This document shows positions 31,601 to 41,022 of a DNA stretch of 64,000 bases, in pieces (position 1 is the stretch's first letter; every line of letters begins with the position of its first letter). Where the stretch lies: the NCBI GenBank assembly GCA_963713615.1, contig CAVQMM010000001.1, positions 288,001-352,000 of the forward strand. The letters run 5' to 3'. The notes under the pieces were generated by a model. That model was not told where the DNA came from and ran no database searches. It saw only the letters and a program-made list of their open reading frames with translations. This DNA comes from an uncultured Chlamydiae bacterium (GTDB taxonomy: Bacteria; Chlamydiota; Chlamydiia; Chlamydiales; JAJFMA01). Position numbers and translations under genes: made by a program.

Positions 31601-31752
31601 TGATGAATATTATCATCTCGCCAGCTCTTTATGAAGGTGTACGCACAGCCTTTCGGCAGGCACCGCTGGTACGCGTCGATGGTGTGAGGCATGAGCGCGA
31701 TGGCATCATCAATATTAAAGCCACAAACCTTGTACCACTAGACTCCCGCTAG
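28696..31752 (+). CDS. dnaE2: Error-prone DNA polymerase DnaE2 (ImuC)
   Basis: PHP SYFSFLEGASSP, GRGSAANS, PDIDLDF, QWDKD, GFCKSHA, NNQPMGFY, RQRPPTAKGF. Confidence 0.95.
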   Translation: MNDSSTFVELCCRSYFSFLEGASSPDALAHQAAELGLKALALTDRNGLYGAYTFYRACRSVGIKPIIGAQLTLEGGDEIIVLCTDASGYTKLSLLLTDAHRGRSKGDPLVTWQHLQRLAGGGLICLAGGKMGKTDAQSLLRYKELFGDGNLYVALTHHHDAGDKVLCKKTAKIAQELGLPLVVTNAVCYSKKPEGHLHDVLLCIKNHVTLSNSHHHRPGNHQRYLKSPKVMCRLFHDYPEALQNTLAIANRCNISLDFSSYRVPDFPVPPKHTIDSYLAELCWQRVASRYNPITDVVKAKVNEELALIASLKLSGYFLVVWDIVEYARSLGVPVQGRGSAANSIVSYVLGITPVDPVAHKLFLGRFIHEGMTEAPDIDLDFAATRQEGVSNREDIIQYVYRKYGEDHVAMVCTYITFQARSAIREVGKVLELPEHILDQMARLISRYGMKDVFAELERTPEVVADLKAESWQVFKELVIAIADIPRHISIHVGGMVIASRPIAELVPLEPARMEGRVVCQWDKDMVGDAGLIKVDILGLGMLAVLREAQWLIEEGYGEEIDLAALPLDDPAIYANISRADTVGVFQVESRAQMQSLPRVRPRNFDELGVQIALIRPGPLQGNMVSPYIKRKQGEEAVLYIHPSLKPVLEDTLGVILFQEQVLMVAVAVAGFSASQAADLRRAMSRKRSQEAMQRLKNAFLEGAQRNRIEKTQAEMVFHALEGFALYGFCKSHALSFAKITYVSAWLKHYHPAAFLAALLNNQPMGFYPCKTLIDDAKRHGVVVHPVDINASQRRCHVLDPQQVQLGFVMVKNTDGNAIVEARERGGPFASLRDFVQRTHVRRQVIEYLIQAGAFDSMGLDNRELLWQLWLIQRTEDLFSGQEIVPPALPPSGEWDLIRGEYQAQGFSANRHPAALLRGQLSRQGVVTSDALVDLDEKAKVSVAGVVVCRQRPPTAKGFAFLTLEDECGMMNIIISPALYEGVRTAFRQAPLVRVDGVRHERDGIINIKATNLVPLDSR

Positions 31753-32690
31753 AATTTCAGGCTGAGTTCTCCGCCGATATAGGGAGCGGTCTTAAATTTG
31801 TAGTGGATAGAATGATGATTGTTTTGGTCTGCAACGACAAAATCGCCTTCGAAGGTTTGGCCTATATGAATATTGGCCGACACTCCCGGAGGGAGGTCAT
31901 AGACCAAGCGTAACTCACCGCCCATATTGCGGTATTCAAAAAGGGCTCGAGGTAGAGGCTCATCTTTGCGAGCTCGTTGGCGGTAGCGAAACTGTCGCGT
32001 GGCTGCTTCAATAGACCATGGACCACACACAGCGTAGTTGATCGATGCTTCAAAGGGATAGACAATGTAGAACTTTAGGCAGTCATTATATTTGAAGTCG
32101 AAGCCAAAAATGGGCCATACTTTAGTCTTATGTAGGCCAGTTTCGAAGATAAAACCTACGTGAGTTGCAAAGCAGCGGGATAATGTATAGCGTCCCCACA
32201 TGGATCCTGTATAGAGAACATAGGTGGGTACCTGTGTCGCTGAAGCATTAAAACGTGCGACGAGGTTAGAGCGCCAGAGCCAGTTATCAAAGCAAGAGCT
32301 CGTCACACCAATCGTCGCTGAGACATCTTGAAAATTCTGTTCATGGAAAGCAGGGTTTTCCTTCCAATGAATCCCCGTGTTTCCATATCCAACCCCCAGC
32401 TGCATAGCGGTCTTGGAACCCATGAACCAGTTATAGGATAGGAGTGTGATGCCTTCATGATAGCCTATTTTTCCGGGAATCCCTGGAGTCCTGAAACCCG
32501 ACTTGCGTATCCAGTTATATTCACCGTCGATACCCCAGAAGCTGCCAACTTTAGAAAGTTCTTCCATCGAGCTTGCTGTATCACCGGTGAGAGGCTCTGA
32601 TTCGATGCCTCGTTCAAATTCATCCACGGCTTGAAGGGCTGTAGTCGAAAAGGCTAATAGACAAATTAGAACGAAATAGCTCGCCTTCAC
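31749..32690 (-). CDS. Outer-membrane beta-barrel protein
   Basis: Signal peptide, alternating aromatic beta-strands, terminal YIGGELSLKF. Confidence 0.75.
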   Translation of the reverse strand: MKASYFVLICLLAFSTTALQAVDEFERGIESEPLTGDTASSMEELSKVGSFWGIDGEYNWIRKSGFRTPGIPGKIGYHEGITLLSYNWFMGSKTAMQLGVGYGNTGIHWKENPAFHEQNFQDVSATIGVTSSCFDNWLWRSNLVARFNASATQVPTYVLYTGSMWGRYTLSRCFATHVGFIFETGLHKTKVWPIFGFDFKYNDCLKFYIVYPFEASINYAVCGPWSIEAATRQFRYRQRARKDEPLPRALFEYRNMGGELRLVYDLPPGVSANIHIGQTFEGDFVVADQNNHHSIHYKFKTAPYIGGELSLKF

Positions 32691-32785
32691 TCGAGACCTC
32701 CCTCTGATTGGTGCTAGTGAAAGAATTGTTCGGCTAAAACCCGCTTGTAGCCCAAACCCAAAAAGGTGTCAATGGCTTCGTAAAT

Positions 32786-32980
32786 AAGAGAGGAGTGAGA
32801 AATTTTTACCGCCGAGACGCCGAGATAGGAGAGAGAGGATTAGGAAAGAGAAGGAGGAGAGAATGTCCCGTTTGTGGGGCCTTGGGCAAATCCTATCTAA
32901 GGGCCTCTTTCCTAATCCTCTCTCTCCTACCTCTGTGTCTCGGCGTCTCGGCGGTAAAAAGTCCTAATTCCTCTCCTCTT
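32786..32980. repeat. Family B palindromic element
   Basis: TTTTTACCGCCGAGACGCCGAGA / TCTCGGCGTCTCGGCGGTAAAAA; carries half of the inner module of the 11417 copy. Confidence 0.88.
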
Positions 32981-32984
32981 CTTG

Positions 32985-34595
32985 TTATTCGCCGCCGAGC
33001 ATGCGCTGGAGTTCGTGGCCTTGGCTGTCGCCATCTAACATCTTCACAAGGGTACGCGTACGTCCCTTGCTTTCGTTTTTGCTGATCTGGATGTGTTGAT
33101 GGGCATGGCGAGCCACCTGAGGAAAGTGCGTAATACAGACAAGCTGGTGCTTTGCCCCGATGTTCGCAAGCTTTTGCCCTACGACCGTTGCTGTTTCGCC
33201 GCCAATATTGGCGTCGACTTCGTCAAACACCAGCGTTGCTGTCTGGGCTTTGCCAGCCATCAAGGCTTTTAGGGCCAACACGAGGCGAGAGAGCTCTCCT
33301 CCGCTAGCGCAGTCTTTGACCGATATCAACTTTTCCCCAACGTTGGGCGCGAAATAGACTTCCACATGATCTTCGCCATGGTTGTGTCGTGGCACAGGTG
33401 ATACGTTTACCTGCACATCCACTTTAGGCATATTCAGGCTGCGCAGTTCCTGCGCCAAGGCTTTACCAAGCCCTTTGGCGGCATGTGTGCGCTGATCTGT
33501 TAGGGTCTGGGCCAGGCGGCCTGATTCGCTGCGCTTTTGCTCTAAGGAGATTTTGAGTTCTTCAATACGCATATCTGCATTGTCGAGCTCACTCAATTGT
33601 TGTCGAACTGTGGCATGGTAGGCAAGGACATCGGCCACCGTGGGGCCATACTTTTTCTTAAGCTTGGAGATTAAGGCCAGGCGGTCATCGAGCATTGATG
33701 CACGCTGCGGGTCGCTTTCAATGCGTGCACCATAATCGCGCAGGGTTCGCGCCACCTCTTGTAATTCTACCACAGCTCCCTGGTAAGCCTGACGGGCATC
33801 TTCTAGAGAACTGTCCAGGGCTGCCATTTTGCTAAATGTAGCCATTTGGCTGCTTAGCGCGGGTAAGGCGGCGCCATCTTCACCGGAGAGCACCTGATAG
33901 ATGCCATCAACCTGACCGCGAAGTTCATCGGCATTGGTCAAGCGGCTATATTCGGCAAACAGCTCCTCTTCCTCGCCCTCTTTGATCGCTGCTTCGTCGA
34001 GTTCTTCAAGTTGTCTTTGATATTCTTCAGCTTGACGGATGCGCTGTGTCTCATTGTGAATGAGGGTATTGAGTTCTTGTTCGACTGCTCTCTCAGCTTT
34101 CCAGGCAGCTTGAAAGGCTTGGACATTAGAACCAAGACCAGCGAAGGCATCGGTGATGGCACGGTGCTGTTCTACCTGGCGCAGTTCTTGGTTGGAATGC
34201 TGCCCCACGATTTCTACGAGGTGCTCGCCAACGTTGCGAAGTAACGATACCTGAGCCAGTTGATTGTTGATGAATGCTTTACTCTTGCCGGCTGCTGTAA
34301 TCTCTCGTCGAAGGATCAGGGGTTCATCGAGCTCGTAGGAAATACCACCCTCTTCAAGTAGCTGACGAACCACCTGAGGATAATCGGTGTCAAAAGCAGC
34401 CTCGACAATCCCTTTTTCAGCTCCCTTGCGCAGGGATTGAGAATCGGCGCGTTGTCCTAATACAAGTGCTAGGGCGCGTAAGATGGCCGATTTGCCAGCT
34501 CCGGTCTCACCCGTGATGACATTAAAGCCTTCTCGGAAGTGAACCTCAGCCTGTTCTACTAGAACAATATCTTGGATACGAAGCGTACTTAGCAT
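32985..34595 (-). CDS. recN: DNA repair protein RecN
   Basis: ITGETGAGKS, ASGGELSRL, FDEVDANIGG, CITHFPQVA. Confidence 0.97.
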   Translation of the reverse strand: MLSTLRIQDIVLVEQAEVHFREGFNVITGETGAGKSAILRALALVLGQRADSQSLRKGAEKGIVEAAFDTDYPQVVRQLLEEGGISYELDEPLILRREITAAGKSKAFINNQLAQVSLLRNVGEHLVEIVGQHSNQELRQVEQHRAITDAFAGLGSNVQAFQAAWKAERAVEQELNTLIHNETQRIRQAEEYQRQLEELDEAAIKEGEEEELFAEYSRLTNADELRGQVDGIYQVLSGEDGAALPALSSQMATFSKMAALDSSLEDARQAYQGAVVELQEVARTLRDYGARIESDPQRASMLDDRLALISKLKKKYGPTVADVLAYHATVRQQLSELDNADMRIEELKISLEQKRSESGRLAQTLTDQRTHAAKGLGKALAQELRSLNMPKVDVQVNVSPVPRHNHGEDHVEVYFAPNVGEKLISVKDCASGGELSRLVLALKALMAGKAQTATLVFDEVDANIGGETATVVGQKLANIGAKHQLVCITHFPQVARHAHQHIQISKNESKGRTRTLVKMLDGDSQGHELQRMLGGE

Positions 34596-34606
34596 TTCGG
34601 GTATGT

Positions 34607-35041
34607 CTAGGGGTCATGAGCTGTTTCGAGTAAACGCCAAAGGCGGCCAGCACTGACATCTAGAAGATAACCTTCAGAATTGAGCGCTGGAGCTTTAAAG
34701 GTAAATTCGTCTTGAGAGACATTGATCGGCGTTAGTTCTACGGGCTTTTTGTCGAATAAGTAGACGACAATTTTATCCATGCCAGGAGGCGGAATTGGGC
34801 TGCCTCTTAGTTTACCGATAGGGATGCAACGGTTGATAAGCTCAACGGCCTCCTGCTGCTGCTCGAAATTAAGGGTATAGGGCTTGCCCTTGAAAACAAG
34901 CTCCGTCCCACGAATCTTATAGGGATCGAGGTAGCCACTGTCGATTTGCTGAGGAGCTACGGTCACAAAAGCTCGTAGCAGCAACAGGCCGACCATGACA
35001 ACAATAATAGCAGTAGCATAGATAGCAAAGCGTGTATTCAT
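34607..35041 (-). CDS. Hypothetical membrane-anchored protein
   Basis: N-terminal TM helix, 144 aa. Confidence 0.8.
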   Translation of the reverse strand: MNTRFAIYATAIIVVMVGLLLLRAFVTVAPQQIDSGYLDPYKIRGTELVFKGKPYTLNFEQQQEAVELINRCIPIGKLRGSPIPPPGMDKIVVYLFDKKPVELTPINVSQDEFTFKAPALNSEGYLLDVSAGRLWRLLETAHDP

Positions 35042-35066
35042 GACTCGAACTATAGCAAGATGATTT

Positions 35067-35960
35067 CTATTTCACCAGGTCTTTGTAAGTCTTGAAATGG
35101 ATCTTGGCGACCTTGAGAAAGATATCGGGTCCATACTTGTTCAGAAGCTGTCGTGCGACGGCCACAACCTGCGCCGAGGCGCCTTTGGGAAGCTTAAGTC
35201 CTATTTCCTCGCTGAGGCGCGCCAAGCCATCGAGGAAAGCATGCCTAGCCAAGATTGATGCCGCAGCGACAACGAGGTCGGCTTCTGCGCGATGACGTTG
35301 GGTTAGAGACACTTCAAGTTTTTTGCGTGCTAAAGCCGTTTCTACGACATGTTCAGCAGCGAACTGGTCGATGACTACATTGGTACAGCCTGTCCGAGTG
35401 ACAAGGTCTTCGATTGTTGTCGCATGTCCCCAAGCTAAAAATGTGTTGAGGTTACGGAACTTGTCGTACAACTCATTATATTTAGGTGGGTTGATTCGAA
35501 CGATATGGTGCTGACAGCAACCTCGGATTTTCTTAGCCAATATGGCTGCATTGCTATCGGTCAACTCTTTTGAATCACGCACACCGATTTTCTTGAGCTC
35601 GGTGATGGTTTCTTTATCGCCATACACACCAGCAACGCAAAGAGGGCCGAAGAAATCTCCCTTGCCAGATTCGTCGATACCTATATGAGGTGAGTAGTCG
35701 ATCTTGTCTTCGTTAAGGACTTCTTTGTACCCATAAGAGAATGACTTTAGAATCTCAGGCTCGAGATAAAACTCTATAAACGAGGCCATCTCCTTGCCCT
35801 GCACAACGAGCTTTCCAGACAGATATACCGTTACCGATAGACCAGGCTTCTTAGCGGAAAAATGCGTATGCGGTGGAGTAGAAAGCTCAAACCCTTGCGA
35901 TCGCAGGTCGGCCTTTAGCTTGTCAGCGCGAGCAGAATCAATAGTAGCAACAAAAGACAT
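35067..35960 (-). CDS. rnhC: Ribonuclease HIII
   Basis: N-terminal TBP-like domain (Y.SGKLVVQG), IGIDESGKGDFFGPL, VAAASILAR. Confidence 0.96.
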   Translation of the reverse strand: MSFVATIDSARADKLKADLRSQGFELSTPPHTHFSAKKPGLSVTVYLSGKLVVQGKEMASFIEFYLEPEILKSFSYGYKEVLNEDKIDYSPHIGIDESGKGDFFGPLCVAGVYGDKETITELKKIGVRDSKELTDSNAAILAKKIRGCCQHHIVRINPPKYNELYDKFRNLNTFLAWGHATTIEDLVTRTGCTNVVIDQFAAEHVVETALARKKLEVSLTQRHRAEADLVVAAASILARHAFLDGLARLSEEIGLKLPKGASAQVVAVARQLLNKYGPDIFLKVAKIHFKTYKDLVK

Positions 35961-35995
35961 GCAGTAAGTATAGCACGCGTTCGAATTAGGATTGA

Positions 35996-36625
35996 GGAAT
36001 TTTTACCAGAGGCGCCGAGATAAGAGAAGAGGAGGAAGGAAAAAGAGGAAAGAAAAAATCAGTCCAATCAGTCCATGGTGTCCATAAGAGGTAATTACAG
36101 AAGTATTTGGGCTCTCATGGATCGATTCTTTGAAAAAAAATCACTTTTTTTTGTGAGAAGGCGATTCTAGAGAGCTTAAGTGGTATGGCACTATCCAGTC
36201 TGGAAAGACAGGCTTTTCTCCCTTCCCAGGCCCGAAGGGTCGATATTGCAACAGGCCATGGCATCGCCATGGTATATGCCAGGAAGGGATTTCGCAGTCT
36301 GAAGGACTGCTACAAGACGCCAGTTTACAAACACCATTTATGCATGCGCTTTATGGCAGCCCTACAGGCTGCTAAAACCGTTTTGGCATATACCATGGCG
36401 ATGCCATCGCCTGTTGCAATATCGACCCTTCGGGCCTGGGAAGGGAATGGCTCTCTCTTCACCGGCATCCGATTTTCAGGAAGTTGACTTCGGAAAATCG
36501 GACTTCTGCAATTACCTCATGGTGTCCATAAAGTCCATTTTGGCATCGGTGAAAATGGACTGAATGGACGAATTGGACTGATTGGACGAATTGGACATTT
36601 TTTTCCTCTCCTAACCCTCTTTCCT
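35996..36625. repeat. Family B half-site plus family E (GGAC/GTCC 9-bp tandem palindrome) hosting a D element
   Basis: GGAATTTTTACCAGAGGCGCCGAGAT; GTCCAATCAGTCCATGGTGTCCAT...GGACTGAATGGACGAATTGGACTGATTGGAC. Confidence 0.75.
36088..36518 (-). mobile_element. Family D MITE with a 13-bp direct repeat
   Basis: GAGGTAATT...AATTACCTC flanked by ATGGTGTCCATAA on both sides; near reverse complement of the 41023 copy. Confidence 0.92.
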
Positions 36626-36720
36626 ATTCCCCCCCCCTCCCTCCCCCTTCCCCCTCCCTTTTTAATGGCTGATCATGTATAAACGAGCCGATCATAACAG
36701 CTCTAACCCAAGATAGGTTC

Positions 36721-37134
36721 ATGGCCACCACTGAAGATGCTAGTAAAAAAATCGGCGAAATGTTCAAAGAGAAACGCCGAGAGCTCAATCTTTCCCTGAA
36801 AGAGGCCGAAAATGCGACATCGATACGCATGGGTCATCTTAAATCCATTGAAGAAGGAGCTCTTGATCAGTTGATCTCTCCGGTCTATGCACAGGGCTTT
36901 ATACGGCAATATGCCGGCTTTTTAGGTTTTGATGGCGATAGCATTGTGCAAGAAAACGCAGAGTTATTTCAGTCGCATACTAAGCACGAGTTTTCTTATG
37001 GAATTGGCACTCTAGAAGTCCGCGGCAATCCTGGTGCGGGCATTAAGTTGTTTCCCAATGCCGTGTGGATCGGGGCTTTTGTTGTCGTAATGGTATTGGC
37101 TTGGGGGCTGGCACGTTACCTGGAGCTGCTGTGA
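36721..37134 (+). CDS. RodZ-like HTH protein with C-terminal TM helix
   Basis: IGEMFKEKRRELNLSL...L.SIEEG...VYAQGFIRQYA.FLG. Confidence 0.85.
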   Translation: MATTEDASKKIGEMFKEKRRELNLSLKEAENATSIRMGHLKSIEEGALDQLISPVYAQGFIRQYAGFLGFDGDSIVQENAELFQSHTKHEFSYGIGTLEVRGNPGAGIKLFPNAVWIGAFVVVMVLAWGLARYLELL

Positions 37135-38366
37135 AGGGACATGCCGTTGGTGCCAAGCCTCAGATGCATGCGCTGCGCGACTGGTTGCGAGTGATGCTCT
37201 GTGGCATGGGAATGGGTGTCGCTGACTTAGTTCCTGGCTTCTCCGGTGGTACCGTTGCCTTTCTGACAGGCATTTACCCCGATTTACTGAACAGTATCGT
37301 AAGCTTCAATGCACGCGCATTTAGGGCATTGGCATCACTACGTGTTTCAGCCTTTTTCAGCATCATCGCATGGGAATTTCTATTGGCTTTAGGAATGGGA
37401 ATAGCCATTTCTGCAGGTTCCTTGGTGCGCGTGATTCATTACATTCTAGGCGAACCCACCTTACGTACTTACCTATTTGCAGCTTTTGTAGGGTTGGTGA
37501 TGGCGTCGGCATCGATCTGCGCACGCCAAGTGCGTGAGTGGTTATGGCCTCAGGTCGCCGCTTTGATAGGTGGAGGAGTCCTGGCTTTTGCAGTCACCAG
37601 CTTATCACTGGCAAATACTGCTGATGGTCCCCTTTATGATGTGGTCGTTCGACAGGAGACTGTGAGTGGAGGACAAACACGTGCTCTCACCAATTATGAT
37701 GCAAAGACACAGCGCGTCTTGGCCGTCCCTGAGGCCACACTGGTGGCGATGCTCTCTAGAGGCGTGGTGGAGGGCGATACCCCAGTCTATAGCCACAGCC
37801 TCAAGCAAGAGGGGACTGTGGAAGATTTCGTGCAGGAGAGCTCCCCAAACCGTTTCAGTGCGTGGTTGATGCTTTGTGGCATGGTTGCCATCTGTGCCTT
37901 GCTATTACCGGGGATGTCCGGATGCTATATGCTTACCATTCTCGGAGCCTATCCTATTTTTATAGGATCATTATCCGACCTAATTAACGGGCTTTTGAAG
38001 CTGAGTTTTGATACAGAGGCTTTTTGGAACCTAGCTAGTTTAGGCGTGGGCGTTGTCATCGGACTAGGCCTTTTCTCACGGGTGGTAAGATGGCTTTTGC
38101 ATCATTACCGTAACCTTACCGTTGCGGCGATCACAGGCTTTATGATTGGTGCTCTACGGTCCGTGTGGCCTTTTTGGTCCTATGAGTACCAGGTAGTGCC
38201 CTTAAGGTTGCAGGAAGGCCCACAGCTTCAATTGGTGGCTCCGATCTTACCCGATGTAGCCAGTGGGGCCTTTTGGATAGCGGTGGGGTGCTCAATAGCG
38301 GGCTTTGCCATCGTCATGATCCTGGATTCTATGACAAAGCACCGCGAACGCTTGCCTTCGCACTAG
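37131..38366 (+). CDS. DUF368 family membrane protein
   Basis: GMGMGVADLVPGFSGGTVAFLTGIY, ALLLPGMSG, GFMIGALR.VWPF; GTG start overlaps the previous stop. Confidence 0.9.
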   Translation: MKGHAVGAKPQMHALRDWLRVMLCGMGMGVADLVPGFSGGTVAFLTGIYPDLLNSIVSFNARAFRALASLRVSAFFSIIAWEFLLALGMGIAISAGSLVRVIHYILGEPTLRTYLFAAFVGLVMASASICARQVREWLWPQVAALIGGGVLAFAVTSLSLANTADGPLYDVVVRQETVSGGQTRALTNYDAKTQRVLAVPEATLVAMLSRGVVEGDTPVYSHSLKQEGTVEDFVQESSPNRFSAWLMLCGMVAICALLLPGMSGCYMLTILGAYPIFIGSLSDLINGLLKLSFDTEAFWNLASLGVGVVIGLGLFSRVVRWLLHHYRNLTVAAITGFMIGALRSVWPFWSYEYQVVPLRLQEGPQLQLVAPILPDVASGAFWIAVGCSIAGFAIVMILDSMTKHRERLPSH

Positions 38367-39142
38367 AACAATACCTTGTGCAAGATAAGTCCATGGGCCG
38401 GTGCCGTGATACCTGCTTCGGTGCGGTTGCCAGTTTGTAGGAGTAATGGTAATGTATTGGGGGATATGCGTCCGCGGCCAATGTATGCTAGGGTCCCTAC
38501 GATATTGCGTGCCATGCGAAATAGGAAAGATGTCCCTTCAAGCTCAAATCTGAGTTGCCGATTTTCGAGTTCGATGATTTCAAGACGTTTTAAGGTACGC
38601 ACAAAATCCTGATAGTGCAGGTTCTTGCGCGTATTGCAGAAGGCATGAAAATTGTGCGTGCCAACTAGCTGCAAGGCTCCTTGGCGCATTAGAGGCAGAT
38701 CGAGGGGATAAGCATAATGCCATTCGAAATGGCGCCGAAGTGGTCGTTGCACCTGAGCGTTACAGAGGTGATAATGATAGATTTTGCCGTGATTGTGCAG
38801 GGTCGGATGAAAGTCGAAGGTGGCTTCCCACAGCTTTAGCACAGCCATATCTGGTGGAATTAAAGCATTGATGCCTTCAAACAAAGCCTCAATATGGATG
38901 TCTCGCGACGTGTAAAAGTTAACCACCTGGCCTTCGGCATGCACTCCAGCATCTGTTCGACTGGCGGCCTGCAAGGTAATGGGATGTCTTAGGATTTGTT
39001 CACAAACTTGTCGCAGAGTCTTTTCGACTGAATGCCCCTGGCAGTTATCCTGCCAACCTTGATAGGCTTCGCCATCATAGGCGAGGATCAGTGCAATGTT
39101 CTTGGGTTCTTGTGACGAAATATGTTCACTCCAGTGCTTCAC
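38363..39142 (-). CDS. truA: tRNA pseudouridine synthase TruA
   Basis: AYDG..Y.GWQ, SRTDAGVHAEGQV, FLFRMARNIVG, TAPAHGL. Confidence 0.96.
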   Translation of the reverse strand: MKHWSEHISSQEPKNIALILAYDGEAYQGWQDNCQGHSVEKTLRQVCEQILRHPITLQAASRTDAGVHAEGQVVNFYTSRDIHIEALFEGINALIPPDMAVLKLWEATFDFHPTLHNHGKIYHYHLCNAQVQRPLRRHFEWHYAYPLDLPLMRQGALQLVGTHNFHAFCNTRKNLHYQDFVRTLKRLEIIELENRQLRFELEGTSFLFRMARNIVGTLAYIGRGRISPNTLPLLLQTGNRTEAGITAPAHGLILHKVLF

Positions 39143-39161
39143 AAGAACCCGTTCTTCAAGA

Positions 39162-39764
39162 TTAGTGAATCGTGTGGTAGGTGTTCACAAAGAGTTGAAC
39201 CCCTTCCGCGAAGCGTTGAATCGCTAGCATCACTAAGATCATTCCACAGAGGCGTTCAGCAGCCATCAAAGCATTCTTAGTAACTAGGCGTTCTAACTCT
39301 GCTCCGTAGTATAGAATAGCTGTCCCAAAGGCCCAAGCCACAACGATAGCGATAGGAACAATGGATACTGAAGTCTCCATGCGAGCATAAAGCATGATGG
39401 TCGCCAATAACGATGGGCCTGCTGTAAGCGGCAGTGCTAGAGGAACGAGGATGGGGTTATCTTCCGGTTGTAGAGTCTGGCGGATGCTGTATGGTCCGAT
39501 GAATAAAATACCGATACCGACTAGGAACAAAATCAGACCTGAGGTGATTCGCAACGTTGTTTCCGAAAGCTGAAAGAGGCTGAGGATCGTTTCACCTAAC
39601 AGAAAGAAGAATAACATCAAGCCCAGGGCGATGCACATTTCGCGAAGAATAATCTGCTTCTGACGGGCTGGCGGAACATTGCGCATCACCTGCAAAAATG
39701 TGCTGATGTTGCCGATAGGGTCCATGATAAAGAAGAACACTAGGATGACGGAGATCAGTGTCAT
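39162..39764 (-). CDS. MarC family membrane protein
   Basis: FFIMDPIGN, VPLALPLTAGP, ERLCGMIL. Confidence 0.92.
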   Translation of the reverse strand: MTLISVILVFFFIMDPIGNISTFLQVMRNVPPARQKQIILREMCIALGLMLFFFLLGETILSLFQLSETTLRITSGLILFLVGIGILFIGPYSIRQTLQPEDNPILVPLALPLTAGPSLLATIMLYARMETSVSIVPIAIVVAWAFGTAILYYGAELERLVTKNALMAAERLCGMILVMLAIQRFAEGVQLFVNTYHTIH

Positions 39765-39779
39765 TGTAAAAATAGCTCC

Positions 39780-40376
39780 TTACAACCCATTCAGAAAGAG
39801 ACCAAAACCTTTAATGATCATGTCCACGGCGATCATAGACAGAACCAATCCCATGAGCTGTTCGAGAGCAAACAGGCCCCTCTTGCCAAAAGTGCGCAGG
39901 AGGTAAGGAGCGGCTGCCAATACTGCAAAGACACCCACCCAGGCAATGAGGATAGCGCCGGTCATCTCTAGAGGATTTTCTAACTTTTTAGCGTAGATCA
40001 TAATGTACGTCAGCAGTCCCGCCCCAGACAATAGAGGCGTTGCTATGGGAACAAGATAGGGATCGCGGGGGATTTCAGCGACCTCATCGGCTTCATTCTC
40101 GGGATGGTTAGGGAAGACCATTCCGATACCGACCAAGAGGATGAGCACACCACCACAGAGACTGAGCGCATAATTTTTAATGCCTAGAGCATCCAAGACC
40201 GGCTCGCCTAGAAACTGAAAGAAGAGAGCTAGCAGGAGAGCGAAGAGGGCCTCGCGCATCAAAATCTGCTTTTGGCGTACAAAGTCATAGTGCCTGACGA
40301 TAGCAAGAATAGCGGGAGAGTTACCGATCGGATTCGTGATGATGAAGAGCTTGATAGCTAGATCAAAGATGTCCAC
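39780..40376 (-). CDS. MarC family membrane protein
   Basis: FIITNPIGN, VPIATPLLSG, EQLMGLVL. Confidence 0.92.
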   Translation of the reverse strand: MDIFDLAIKLFIITNPIGNSPAILAIVRHYDFVRQKQILMREALFALLLALFFQFLGEPVLDALGIKNYALSLCGGVLILLVGIGMVFPNHPENEADEVAEIPRDPYLVPIATPLLSGAGLLTYIMIYAKKLENPLEMTGAILIAWVGVFAVLAAAPYLLRTFGKRGLFALEQLMGLVLSMIAVDMIIKGFGLFLNGL

Positions 40377-40380
40377 GCTC

Positions 40381-40910
40381 TTATACCCATTGGTTGATAA
40401 CATCGCCGATGCCGGCGCCGCGTTCTTCGGCCTCTCTGACCTTTAGCCTCTTGCCGGATTGCTCGAGGTCTATGGTCAGAGCTGTCAAACCACCCACCAC
40501 CAAACCGATTGCAAACCCTGCTTCTAAGGAGAAAGGTGCGATGATTATCCCGAACAAAAATGTAATCATTTTGATGAGGGGATAGTCATTTATAAGGTCT
40601 AAGGTTCTTTGACTCAGTTCGTCAAGTGAATTGGACAGTGCTTGATTGTACTCTTTGGCAACATTTATGACAAGACGAGTCGTTAGTGTGCCTGCAGCGT
40701 GACCGAAGAGAGGCCAGGCAAAGGGCATCCCTAACAGGCGACAGGCATAGCCTAACCCGGCCGATGCGCAAGATTTCGAAGTCGCATCGAGTGTTACCTT
40801 TCGAAAAAAACTTAAGGAAGATGAGCTTTGCGAAGTCGAGGGCTGGCTTTTGCGAAGTTCACCGGGGGGGATTCAAACGGTCGTTCGGAAATGCGAGTTT
40901 GATATTCCAT
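40381..40910 (-). pseudogene. Inc-like membrane protein gene frameshifted at a C7 tract (phase-off or sequencing error)
   Basis: GGAGG RBS plus ATG at 40910 gives MEYQTRISERPFESPP; one extra C in 40864-40870 joins it to the 40381 ORF (176 aa). Confidence 0.75.
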
Positions 40911-41022
40911 GGCTGCCTCCTATGAATGAAATAAGAAGCGCCATATATTACTAAAAAATTGCCTACAAGCGAAGAGAAAATGCGCGTTACTCTTTAGCAA
41001 AATGGACTAAATGGACCCGCAT

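Noticed and set aside
36185..36487. 100-aa ORF repeated at 41054-41356 and related ORFs (21608, 22263, 43410, 43776) as a gene family or transposase
   Set aside because: They lie wholly within palindromic D/H elements, frames are not preserved between copies, and no DDE or HUH motif is visible
39162..40376. Tandem MarC genes as a novelty
   Set aside because: Paired MarC genes are a familiar chlamydial arrangement
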